Source of the DNA: Eledone cirrhosa
Taxonomy: Eukaryota
Direction of reading: 5' to 3'
Assembly: GCA_964016885.1 (NCBI GenBank)
Contig: OZ024743.1
Location: forward strand, 185,132,001 to 185,196,000
DNA length: 64,000 nt
In this document: piece after piece, positions 12,341 through 24,400 of the stretch
Position numbering within the stretch: position 1 is the stretch's first letter
How the letters are laid out: every line of letters begins with the position of its first letter
Made by a program: the position numbers and the translations under genes
The notes under the pieces: generated by a model
Told to the model about the DNA's origin: nothing
Databases searched by the model: none
The model's input: the letters and a program-made list of their open reading frames with translations, nothing else

Positions 12341-12680
12341 GGAGGCACATGGCTTAGTGGTTAGAGCATTGGCCTTGCAATCGAAAGGTTGTGAGTTCAA
12401 TTCTCAGACCGGGTGATGTGTTGTTTCCTTGAGCAAGACACTTTATTTCACATTGCTCCAGTTTACTCAGCTGTAGAAATGAGATGATAGGGACTGGGGT
12501 CCCTATCATTTCACTGCAAAGTAGTCGTGGAGGTGCCACGGCAAAAAGCACCCAGCACTCACTGTAAATGAGGTTGGTGTTAGGAAGGGCATCCAGCTGT
12601 AAAATCAAGCCAGAATCAGTTCCCGTCCCACCCTTGCAAGCAGGGAAAAGCGGACGTAAAATGATGATGATGATGATGAT
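12341..12680 (+). mobile_element. tRNA-derived SINE with an RTE-LINE-derived 3' tail
   Basis: A-box TGGCTTAGTGG and B-box GTTCAATTC. Tail CCCGTCCCACCCTTGCAAGCAGGGAAAAGCGGACGTAAAA(TGA)n matches the 3' end of the LINE at 52225. Confidence 0.85.
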
Positions 12681-12865
12681 ATACATATATATATATAAGA
12701 CAACAATATGGACTATTCAATATCTTGCAGAACGATTTCGAAAGCACCTGCATACCGAAATACGGCTTTATCGACGTTCAGAACTATATATATATATAAC
12801 AACAACAGAAGGCCGGACTGGAAGATATGCTTTACAATTTTAATTCCATGATGTATATAAATATA

Positions 12866-14730
12866 TCTTCTTCGCCCACTTATTACTGACAAGGTTGTGG
12901 GGCAGAATTCTCAAACATTCCTTTCAGCGGATCCTGTCATAAAACAACCATCTACAACTGATCTGGCTGGATCCCTGAGCCAAGCTCATGGATGTTGTCC
13001 AACCATTTTGCTCGGGGTATACCCCTGGGTCTCCTGCTGGTTGGTTTTGCCCATAAAATCTGTCCAGCGATTCTTTTTTGAGACATTTTAACCACATGGC
13101 CATAGTATCAAAGCTGTGATCTCTCAATTTGGAGAAGTAGCAGTGCTACTTGGTGTGACATTCTCATCTCCAAGCTGCGCACTCTATCGTGTAACATTAC
13201 AACGGAGGAATCCCATTTTGGCTGCTTGTATTCATGATTATATTCTTTCGGTCATTATCCAAGATTCATGACCTTAGATAGAGTTGACAGTAAATACCGA
13301 ATTGAAGATAGCAAGTTTGGCTTTTACACCTACTGCCCTTCTGATTACCGAATGCTGAAGCTGGCACATTACTACACCAGCTTCTGCAATTCTTGCAATT
13401 AATTCATCCTCCTGCCTTCCATCACTCATGAACACGGCCCCTATATAATTGAACTTCTCTACCTACTTCAGTGGAACTCCATTTAAATGTAAAGTGTACT
13501 GTGCAAGTTTCCTTGAGAGGACGAGTGTCTCAGTTTTCGCAGCACTGATTTTCATTCCAGCCATGCAGCACTCGGCATCAAACCTATTAAGTGCAAGTCA
13601 AAGATTACCTTCTGTCGGTAACACCATGCTATCTGCAAACTCCAGCCAACTGATTTTATATCCACCAGTTGTGATACCACTTTCAACCCGGCTGCACATA
13701 TAGCTATTGTTTGTTTGGTCGAGGTGGTGAGTTGATTGTATTGTGGTGTTGATTTATTTGTTTGTTGTTTGCTTGTAGCTTGCTGTGTCATGCGGTCACT
13801 GTTGTATGCTACAGTGTAACCAGAGGTTGCATGTGTGCAGTTAAGTGAGTAAGTGTTCAATAAGATGATATGGTAGTTCCTTGATCACGCAGAAAATGAA
13901 TATATATAAATGAACCACGATAACACGAAACCGCTATATTATTAATTTACTGAAAATAGCTCATGCCAGAGTTATACTAAAAATACACAGGGATTATGTA
14001 CATTATTTGTTTGTTTGTAACAGTAGAATTAAATTGTATTTACCAAGAAAACTTCATGAACTTCATTGCCTTGATTAAGAGAGAGAGTAAGAGTCTGTAA
14101 GACCTCAAAAGGGTCAGTAGAAAGCAAATGTTTTACATATTTATTCTATCAAGAACTTCTTCCAACTGCTTTTTGCTTGATCTAAGACAACTATTTATAT
14201 CTGTCGCTTCCTCTGCCCCCTGGTCATCCACTCTCAGACTTGTTTATTCCCCAAAGGAGATAACCCAGAAAATGACCATTAAATGTCACCCAGGGGTTAA
14301 GGTGTGGACAGATTTTGCTACACGCATATCAATCCTGTTCATGAAAATAATGAACAGAAGAGATGACAGTACGCACCCTAGGCGGATTCCGACTCCCACA
14401 TTGAATGATTTTGATGTAGCACAATTCATCTGAACGCAAATACTCCTGTAGAACCTTCCTCAGCAGGCCTCAAGGAGCACGGTCATATGCTTTTTCAAGG
14501 TCTACAAAACAGAAATATATCTCGTGGCAATACTCCCACGATTTCTAAAGACCTGCCGCAGAGTGAATATTTGGTCGGCTGTGCTGCGTCCGAGGCGAAA
14601 ACTGCACTGTTCATCAGCTAGCTTGGATTCGACAATCTCCCTACATCTCTTTGCCAGGCACTTAGCATAGACTTAACCGGGGAGGCTTAATAAGGAGATC
14701 TCTCTGTGATTAGAATAATCTCTCAGTTTG
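12866..14730 (-). mobile_element. Fragmented RTE-like LINE (12866-13700 and 14320-14730) split by unrelated sequence
   Basis: Minus strand encodes DEQCSFRLGRSTADQIFTLRQ, FVDLEKAYD, GCVLSSLLFIIFMNRI and GMKISAAKTE, and ends in a GAA tail. Confidence 0.75.
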
Positions 14731-16114
14731 CTCAGAGATTTCTCTGAATTTGGATGCAACAGTATCTGCATACTTGGTCTTGATTCCTTATCCATTAACG
14801 CTAGAGGCTATATATCCACATCCTATAAAAAGGAAGTTTGTTTGTACGTTCACCACTAATATAACTAAATAAGATTGCTAATTAAGGTTTTTCATGTATT
14901 TTCAACTAATCAGACCATCAACCTCGCTGTGGACTTATTTTCCCAAAACGGAAAGGGGTGACAATTGGATGAGAATTTACTGCTATTTTTATCACCCAGG
15001 TACTGTCCGTTCCTCTTGCATGCAGCTGGATAACGATAGCCTGTAAATCGGGGTTTCCCTGTGGTTTGGCCTCAGGATCTGCGAACCACACAAATGTCGC
15101 TGCACATCCACTGAAGACTCCAAATACCTGATGATGTCAGCGGATTCATACTGAACCCGGTCATTGAAATGATCATAGTATAATAAACCTTTTAAGGAAT
15201 TACACCAGTCCAGCCTCCTGTTATTTTATAATATATATATATATATACATATCTATATATGTCCATCTCTATCTCTCTGACTAAAGAGAAGTGAGAGAGA
15301 AAGGGGGAAGAGAGAGAGAGAGAGAGAGAGAGAGACGTGTGTGTGTGCACGTTGACCGCTAATAACACTAAATAAAATTGGTAATAATTAATATTTTTCG
15401 AGTGTTTTCAGGTAATATGACTTCCAACATGTTCGCAATCGACTTTTTCTCCGAAAAAAGAATGGGAAGGAGGGGAGGGGGTCGGATTTTCCCAGCCTAA
15501 GAGATTTTTTCTGATGGAAGTTTTTTTTCTTTTCTACGTTTTTCCGTAGAACTTCTCAGCCGTTTAGTTATAGAAAAGCATCCGCTGGGGATCACGAAGA
15601 AATTATTTTTCCTATTTTTTTTTCATGTTTTCAACTAATCTGACCTTCTACATGCTTGCAATCGCCTTCTTTTCCAAAAACAGAATGGGGCAAGGGGGAA
15701 CCCTCGGATTTTACCAGCATCGGAGATTTATTCAGTGCAAATAACAGAAGTGGGAAAAGGAGGGCCCTTGGAGTTACAGATATGCACCTCCCAGTCGTTT
15801 AAAAGCAATCTCTTGATACTGAAGGATGTTTCGATCCTTCGTTGTTTTGTGTTGTTGTGGAAAGCGTTGTAAGCTTAATTAATTAGATGTTTCCCAATTT
15901 CCAAAATCCACCATTCCAATGAGGAGTGGTTGTGAGAAAGCGCAATTCTTTTCCAGACTAGGAAGCCACCACATATATGCTCTACAGAAAAAATTTACGA
16001 ACATCGTATATACTGAAGTTCTGTAAACATTTTATAATTTTTGTAGAATACATTTTTTTTATATTTTCCTTATTACTTTGTGTATTTAGATTTTTTAAAA
16101 ACAATTTTAAATAA

Positions 16115-16300
16115 TTGTTTCTACTTTTTGGCACAAGGCCAGCAATTACCCAGTGCATTACTGGTACTTTATTTTATCGACCCCGTAAGGATGAAAGGCA
16201 AAGTTTACCTCGGCGGGATTTGAACTCAGAATGGCAAGGGCCGTAACTCTATGCGTCAAAGCATGGCGTCCGACCCTCTACCGATACTGCCAATCCATAT
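16115..16300 (-). mobile_element. Second tRNA-derived SINE family; related copies at ~8766-8850, 20235-20350, 22805-23000, 25720-25860, 29215-29330, 29445-29650, 51551-51732 and 55595-55725
   Basis: Recurrent core GGCACAAGGCCAGCAAT...CTGGTACTTTATTTTATCGACCCCGTAAGGATGAAAGGCAAAG..CCTCGGCGGGATTTGAACTC, which gives a GAGTTCAAATCC B-box on the minus strand. Confidence 0.85.
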
Positions 16301-16421
16301 TTAAATACCTTTTTAATATGTTTTATTCTAAGAAGAATGGACATTACGACAGATGACAATAGTTGTCTTATGAATAGATTTGAGCACAATACCAACAGAG
16401 ACGAAGGCTAGGAGGCCGCTA

Positions 16422-16470
<49 letters not shown>

Positions 16471-16884
16471 AATAGAGAAAACTTACCATGTGTTTTTCTT
16501 TTTACCCTGATAGCTCTTTCCGTAAACTATAAAAACATTTCAGTTCGAATCTACATATACGACCAGTCGTCTCTGCTCAACGTTCAGTCCGTGCTGTTGT
16601 ACTGGAACCTTTAGTTTTGTCAAAAACTTATTTGTTGTGAAACTTACTCTTATAATGAAACAAATTTCAGTCTTCTAAACATAATCAAACATATCAGGCA
16701 ATTTCACCCAATATTTCACCAGTGTACAATATATTGCTTCGAATTAATTGTTAGACCAAGGGACGCCAGAAATATTTGAGATATGCCAAACGAGCGTTTG
16801 GCGACATCAGTACGTTGTTAACTTGCACTTAAATTTCTTGTTTTTTTCTTTGTTTTTGTTTTTTTGCGAAGAATTCAAATTTAT

Positions 16885-17400
16885 TTGTTCACTTGTTGCT
16901 CTACCTGGAGTAACTCTCTGATCTCCAAGCTATGCACTCTATCGAATAACATTACTCCAAAGACCCTTCGGAGGAACCCCATTTCGGTCGCCGCTTCTAT
17001 TCGCAATCGTATTCTTTCGGTCATTACCCTAGATCAGTGTTTCCTAACCTTTTTACAGCCAGTGGCCCCTTTGGGCGCAAACTTTCTTGTCAACTCCCAG
17101 CGCCCCCTTTCAACACAACAGCGCCCATGTTGGGGAAACACTGCCCTAGATTCATACCATAGGTAAAGGTTGGTACTAATACCGAATTGAAGATAGCGAG
17201 TTTGGATTTTATACCTACCGCTCTTTTTCTGATTACCGAATGCTGAATCTGGCGCATTACTGCACCAGCTCCTGCACTTAATCCAGCCTACTCCCATCAC
17301 TCGTGAACACGGCCCCGAGATACTTGGACTTCTCCACCTGCTTCAGTGGAACTCCATTCACATGTAGAGTGCACTGAGCAGGCTCCCTTGAGATAATAAG
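16885..17400 (-). mobile_element. RTE-like LINE fragment with a short nested insertion (~17035-17145)
   Basis: Homologous to 13140-13520. The insert has inverted ends CAGTGTTTCC...GGAAACACTG. Confidence 0.65.
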
Positions 17401-17588
17401 TGTTTATATATATACACTCATGCATTCATTACACTATAATGTATATCTATACACACAAATACATACGTATTACTTTCCAGCCACAAGTTCCTGGGTAATA
17501 CTACATTTGTCCCTGTAAAAAGTTATTTTTCCAAAGTTACTCATACATTTATCCCTGTATGCCATCTGTCCATATATGCTGAACATTT

Positions 17589-17649
17589 ATAATATTTTGA
17601 TAATATATTTCTAGAATATAATTCTAGAAATATATTATCAAAATATTAT
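17589..17649. repeat. Perfect AT-rich palindrome, 29-bp arms, 3-nt spacer
   Basis: ATAATATTTTGATAATATATTTCTAGAAT-ATA-ATTCTAGAAATATATTATCAAAATATTAT. Confidence 0.95.
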
Positions 17650-18060
17650 TTTCACTTTTAATCATTTCTGTGTCAGTAATCAACATAAACCATAGGGTTT
17701 CTCTTATGTAAATAACTAATTTATAAAAATATGAATTTCTAAATTTGGAGATGATTCTTCCTGTATCCAGTTGTCCTGGTAAATTCTACATATCAAATCT
17801 AGTCACTAAAAATTAAATATAATCAATACTATTGCTGTCATTATTGATGACACTTGTTCTAGTCACTGGAAAAAGGCCAGACGGCATGACTATCTTCCCG
17901 TTCCGCAGTGGTAAACCCCTCATCTGGGATGCCATATGTAGCGACACATTTTCCAACGGCAAACTGGTGCAGTCTGCGACTTATAACAAAATACTGGTTT
18001 GTATGAATATAACAAAAGACTCAGTTGTGTGTATAAAGTTTAATTAACAAGTTGAAGTTA

Positions 18061-18366
18061 TGTAGAATAGTATAGTTGACATGTCCATGAGTAGATGAAA
18101 GAATGAAGTAAAGTTATTTGTTACCGTTTTGAAGTTACCTCGCAAGAGACCATGTTAGGGTTGCCAGTCGAAGACGCCAGGCTAGTTAAAAGAGGGCATA
18201 TGAGAGAGAGATCGCTCTGAGTATCCCTTTTATAGGGTCTCAAGACGGAAGTGACAAAAAGGGTTCTGCCACCCCAACGGGAAGTAACTCCAGCTACTTC
18301 CTGTCTAGAGAGCGTTAATCTATTGGTGATGTGATCGTCACAACAAGGGAGGCAACTCTTGCTACA
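18061..18366 (-). mobile_element. Probable LTR with adjacent PPT (BEL/Pao-like)
   Basis: TGTAG...CTACA ends and a minus-strand TATAAAA at ~18228-18234. GGCGGGGGATAA lies immediately before TGT on the minus strand. No second LTR seen. Confidence 0.5.
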
Positions 18367-19186
18367 TTATCCCCCGCCAGATTTTTAAAACATAAAAATC
18401 GAATGAACCATGTATGAAGTAAGATGGCGAGCATGTTGTAACACCAAAGTCCAGGCATGAAAATTACGAAAAAAATAATGTTTGCAATAAAAGGAAAACA
18501 GCAAAATATATGCATGCAAAAATCAATGATAGATATCAAGGTAGCCAACCGCTCTTGGCCAGAGAACGACTGGACATCTATCTATCCATCACTCAAAGAT
18601 ACAATGTAATCAAAGTAAAAGAAGAGGTCAAAGTTCAAATTACAGTTCACAGGTGTGCAATCACATGACAGCAGGAAAGAAAGTGTGTTCCAGAGAATGT
18701 ATGCAGGTGGTTTCTGGTCTGTGGTATAACGTGAAATTTCCAACCTCCGAAGGGATTTTCTCACAGGAAGAGTGCTGCAAAAATAAATTCTGTGGCTTGT
18801 TCAGCTGGTTTTGGTTGTTGATGAAGCTGTGTTGTTGTTGTTATTGTTGTTGTTGTTGTTGTGTCGCGGAGTGAGCGTATTCGATGTTTAAATTCACAGT
18901 AAAAATTTTCCCAGAAAAAATGAGTTGCGCAAAGTGCTAGAAATAACAGCCAAAGTTGATGGTCGATGTTGAGGAAAAAAATGAAGTAAAGGTAAGATTA
19001 AATCCTAAACTTCGTGAATAAAAGTATCCGTGTTGTATCCTGGAAGGGTCAAGAGGCCAGCGACCAAAGAAATAAGCATTCTGAATAAATGCGCAGTTTT
19101 CAACGGCAAATTTACGTGGTAAATTTTTAAACCGGCAAATAGGAGAATATAGCTTAAGGCTGGAGAATCCTTGGCAAGAAACATTA

Positions 19187-19375
19187 TCTATGGCGTGTAG
19201 TAACTCAGTGAGTCAAGATGTGTGCTGCTCATACGTGCCGAAACAAGGTTAAAGTCAAGTCGAAAAAAAAATATTTCTATGGCGTGTGGTATCTCAGTGA
19301 GTCGAGATGTGTGCTGCCCACACGTGCCGAAACAAGGTTAAAGTCAAGTTGAAAGAAAAAAAAATATTTCTATTG
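19187..19375. repeat. Tandem duplication, ~88-bp unit, two copies
   Basis: TCTATGGCGTGT...GTGCCGAAACAAGGTTAAAGTCAAGT repeated directly. Confidence 0.9.
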
Positions 19376-19789
19376 CGCGAGAAAATGATAGTGCAACAGG
19401 TCGTTGGCAGCCATTTTGAAAAATTTGTGTGTGAACGTGATATGATGAAAAAGAAAGAAAGGCTTCACTTGGTATAACAAATATGGTGAGTTCAACTTTT
19501 TTGTGAACGATGAAAAAAGCTTGGCGGAAAGAGTAAGCAATAGTTGAGATTCAGCGAAAATAAATGTTCATGTTGAAATGTGTAAAAAAAAAAAATCAAA
19601 TTTATTTTTTTTTTTAAAGTGTTCGTTGTACGAAGAAACGAAAAACATATATATACATCCAGTGGAATGCGACACATAGTTGATGTGCGACACGTGCGTG
19701 AAAGGCAAAATTTTCTGTTTATTTTGCTTGCTGAGAAAAAATTTCTTTTTTGATGTGTTCGTTATAAGACAGTGTATGCAGAGAGAAAT

Positions 19790-20220
19790 CCTTGTCTAAG
19801 GAGGTCGGAGGGATTTCTTAGTCCGATATTGCTGTCATTATTGATGACACTTGTTCTAGTCACTGGAAAAAGGCCAGACGGCATGACTATCTTCCCGTTC
19901 CGCAGTTTTAAACCCCTCATCTGGGATGCCATATGTAGCGACACATTCTCCAACGGCAACCTGGTGCAGTCTGCGACTAACCCAGGCTCTGCTGCACTCG
20001 GAGCTGAGGAGGGTAAACTCTCCAAGTGGAGACTTCTGGTGTCCTTGGCCATGTGACCACCTCCCTACTCATCACCATCGGCGCAGAGCTGGCTACCCGC
20101 AGGTGTGAGCCTCGCGAGCTGGAATGGTTCTTCCAGCGCATCTCCCTCACCATCATCTGGGGAAACGCTTTCTCTATTCTGTCCGCCGGGGCTACGGAGC
20201 GATCAGCGTGTGAACCCCCC
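19790..20220 (+). mobile_element. Restriction-like-endonuclease LINE 3' fragment (CRE-like); partial duplicate at ~17828-17985
   Basis: GKRPDGMTIFPFRS.KPLIWDAICSDTF...AALGAEEGKLSK...FFQRISLTIIWGNA, a PD-(D/E)xK endonuclease signature. Confidence 0.8.
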
Positions 20221-20564
20221 ATTTACTCATAATAATTGTTTCTACTTTTGACACAAGGCCAGCAATTATCCCAGTGTATTACTGGTACTTTATTTTATCG
20301 ACCCCGTAAGGATGAAAGGCAAAGTTAACCTCGGTGGGATTTGAACTACTGCCAAACCACCGCCCAGAGAGTGAAAGACGAAGAAGCGGAGGCAGTGACA
20401 GTGGGAGTTTGAGAACGGTAAAATGAAGAATTTTGTGTATCTGGAAGATTTTTTACTGTTTTTTGTTTTGTCACACACACCACGGTCTCGCCTCATACTG
20501 TAAACCAGAGAAACATCCAATACAGTCATTTTCTCTTCTACCTGTCTTCTCTTATCATCTGTTT

Positions 20565-20594
20565 ACTCGGGCCAAGCTGGCTACGTCAGCTAGT
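20565..20594 (+). mobile_element. Helitron-like 3' terminus
   Basis: CGGGCCAAGCTGGCTACGTCAGCTAG followed by T: a GC-rich subterminal hairpin-like segment and a CTAG end. No 5' end located. Confidence 0.45.
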
Positions 20595-20829
20595 GTGTGC
20601 ATAAAATGATGTAAATAAAAGTTGCAACTACTTTATAATAAAAACATTGATAATGAAAAAAAATGAAGTAAAGGTAAGATTAAATCCTAAACTTCGTGAA
20701 TAAAAGTATCCGTGTTGTCTTGGCAGACAGAAATTGGGACAGCATAAATTCGAAGGCCACCTTCGACTCTTCGACCAGCGGATCAGTTTTCAAGGTGACG
20801 CTTACTGTCTGCCAGCGCCAAATACTCAG

Positions 20830-21480
20830 GCGACTGGATTGATGCCCTACCCGTGGCTAACATTGGTGGCCTACTCAGCTTGAACGAACTTCGCGTCTCC
20901 ATTGCCCTCAGAGTGGGAGCTGACGTCTATGCGGATCTGAGATGTCGATGCGGCAAACTCTTCGACTCCACGGTCTTTCTTGTAGCTTGAATGCTAGTCG
21001 CATCGCGCGTCACACGGAGATAAACCTCATTCTCAAGAGAGCTTTGGCCTGGGCAATCATCCCCTCAATTTTGGAACTGTCTGGGTCATCCAGAATTGAT
21101 GGGAAAAGACCTGACAGACTTACCGTGTGCCCCTGGTCGAGAGGCAGATCCCTTGTCTGGGACGTCACAGTTAGTGACTCTTTTGCTTCTTCCCACATCC
21201 TAGATGCTACGGTTAGAGCGAGAGCCACAGCTTCCGCAGCCGAACGGAACAAAATCCTAAAATACCGTAATCTGTCAGCCAACTACATTTTTCAGCCTGT
21301 GGCTTTTGAGAGGTTTGGTGGAGTCAGGCTACTGACTGCGAGATTCTTCACTGGTAGCTCGCCTAACAGAGGTAACTGGTGAAGTTCGTGAGGGCGCTTG
21401 GTTGTTCCAGCACATCAGCCTCGCCATCTCCCAAGGTAACGCCGCGAACGTGCTGGCTTGCCTCAAAAATTATTAGAGGT
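20830..21480 (+). mobile_element. Second CRE-like LINE fragment (CCHC finger plus restriction-like endonuclease)
   Basis: CRCG..HGLSC..RIARHTEIN..DGKRPDRLTVCPWSRGRSLVWDVT..AERNKILKY, followed by an AATAAA-containing 3' region. Confidence 0.8.
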
Positions 21481-24400
21481 TTCCCAGTGCTCCTCGCGGT
21501 ACTGTTATCTTTTACTCTGGCAACAACTCAGTTGTCCACCCTTTTCGCCTGCCTTTTGTTGTATGTGGTCCCAGATGTGTGCGCTAACCACTTGTTTTTT
21601 TCTTTCTTTTGTTTTGTTTTAGCCTTTCCCTTTCCTTTATATTATATTTGTTTGTGCTTTCGTTCTGTAATCATTGTATTATTTCATTTCTTTTTATACA
21701 ACTGTGAATAAAATTTTTATATCAACAAGTTGTAGTGCACCTGAGCACTGTACACAATTTTATTATTTTTATTGTAAGTTGCTTTTTTTAGCAACCGTTT
21801 CTACTCTCAACTCATTCTCCTTTATGCACTTAACGTCTCACTCTTTCTTTCCCCTCTCACACAGCCTCTTCTCTCTCTCTCTTTTTACCAGCCCCTTCTT
21901 TCACACAACCTTTCCTCTGTCTCTCGTTTCCCCTCCCTTCTTTTTCTTTCTCTCTACCGCTGATTCCCTCCTATAGTCACTCTCTCTCTCTTTCTCAAAT
22001 CTTTCTTTCTCTTTTTGCCCTCCGCCGCTCTCTCTCTCTGCCTTACCTCCTAATTACTCAACATCTCTTTGTCTGTCTCTCACTCTCTCCGCAGTTCCTC
22101 TCTCACCAACCAAACACAAACACTCTCTCCTGGAATAAAATTGCGAGTGTGCAAAATCAGATAAATTTTATAGTCAAGGGGAAGTAAGTCTGTAAACATA
22201 CAGAACGCCACTACGTCCAAACTTAACTAACCTCCATTTAATCCCACTACAAATTCGATACTTGTCATTTCATCTCCCATGACGATGTAATAATGTTTTG
22301 GAGTGTTGTAAATATTCATTGATGCTAAGTGGCGGTTGTATTTACTGTGACAAGGAAAATCAGTTTCAAATTAAAAATATTTGCCGTGGGGGAAGGGGCT
22401 AAATGCGTGCGCACTCAAACAAATGAATATGTTTGTGTGTGAATATGAGAATGAGCACAAATTAGAAATCCCTTTCGATCATAACTGACCATGAGGTTGC
22501 ACCTGGAAAGTTCCTCGCCAGGGCAAGGTGTTTTGTGGAAGACCCAGCTATCGCCTCTCCACGCTACCGATATTATTCTAAGGAAAGCCAAAGACAAGGG
22601 TTGATATAGTACATAGCGTACTACCCAATCCAGGAATTGAACTGAGATGATCGTAAACCTAACAACCTAACCACTAAGCCACGAGCCTTCACAAATTCAT
22701 TTTCTCAAACATTTTAAGCATGCTTGATGATGTTAGATGTTGAAAAATAAGGGTGATAATTTATAAAGGGAGATTACAAAGTGTTATGACACAAGGGAAA
22801 TAACTGTTTCTACTTTTGGCACAAGGCCAGCAAATTACTCAGCAAATTACTCAGTGGATTACTGGTACTTTATTTTATCGACCTCGTAAGGATGAAAGGC
22901 AAAGTTAACCTCGGCGGGATTTGAACTCAGAATGGCAAGAGCCGTAACTCTATGCTTCAAAGCATGGTGTCCGACTCTCTACCGATACTGCCAATCCAAA
23001 GGGAAATAACGATTTGATAAAATGAAGTTATAAGATCGAATTAGATGATGTAGGAAAATCATACTCCACTATGTTGTGAACAGAAAGTAGCGCTCATAAT
23101 CGTATTATAATCCAACTCTTAACAGTGGAAGAAGATGTCAGCCATGCCTTTGAACGAAAGTACTTGTGCAGGACTGCAGGGAGAAAGGTTGACAGGCATG
23201 ACTATTTGCAGTTGAGGTAGGCTGCAGGGGATTCCCTGCTCAATCAGTATGGAGAATGCTCACTGTATAAGAATGACAGGAAGAGACATGAAGGTATCAG
23301 TTCACAGGATGAGGGAGACAGCAGAAGGGACTTCTTGTTGGCTATAGAGCAAGGAGAGAGAGCAATAACAAATACATTTAGTTGGAATAAACAAGACCAT
23401 GTAGATCTATTATTAAAAGTATTTCAGATGCGACCATCTTGTTTTGATTTTTTTATGTATAAAAGGATCTAGCTGTAGAAACGGTTCTGTATGAGCAAGA
23501 CATGTATGATCTGACTTGTCTCATAATGGGACAACCCATCTAACCCATGCTAGAATGGAAAATGGTTGCTAAACGGTGATGATGATGATGACAAAAAGCA
23601 TCCAGTTCACCCTGTAAGGTGGTTGGTAAGAGGAAAGGCATCAAGCCAAAAACAGCATGAGCAAGATATTATCACCGGACCCTTCTAGCCTCATAACGTG
23701 ACAACCCATCTAACACATACAATCATGAAAAATAGGTGTTAAATTGTGATGATGATGATGAGTGTAAATCTATGACTGCACTATCCAATGTATTCTTCCT
23801 TTTTTAAGAGGCAGTAAAATGTCATTAGTGGATAATTTAGCTGCTATTTCTAGCAGGTTGAGAACCACATAGTATCTCGCTGGCTCAATATTGATTTGCA
23901 TTGTGCCTCTATCATCTGTTTTGTTAGGGGGAGGGGTTACATCACAGTTTGTGAACAATGGTGATGTTGGTTACAGGTTTCTAATGAATGAATCACTGGT
24001 TCATTGCTTTTCTCATACTAAGAGTGACAAGGGAGCATCTGTAACTCATTGCAAAGGACTTTGTACTCACAAGGGTTTTTCATGACAAGAGAGCGTCTGT
24101 AACTCATTGCAAAAGACTACTCACAAGGGTTTTTCAAGTGTTTACATCCTTTCATTATACAATGAAACATGATATGAACACACACACACACACATACAAT
24201 AAGTTTCTGCAGTTTTCATTAACCAAATTCCATTCACATGGTAACGTTTAACCTGTGCCTATGGCTATAATAAGGAACACTTGTTCAATGTGCCAAGGTA
24301 GTGTTTAACATGTGGCTGGGGCTATAGTAGAAGACACTTGTTCAATGTACCAAGATATTGTAATACATGTGGCTAGAGCTATAGTAGACATTTGTTCAAT

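Noticed and set aside
14040-14300. Coding-looking minus-strand segment (KKQLEEVLDRI...DPFEVLQTL)
   Set aside because: Stops and frame changes, no recognisable homology and no clear acceptor.
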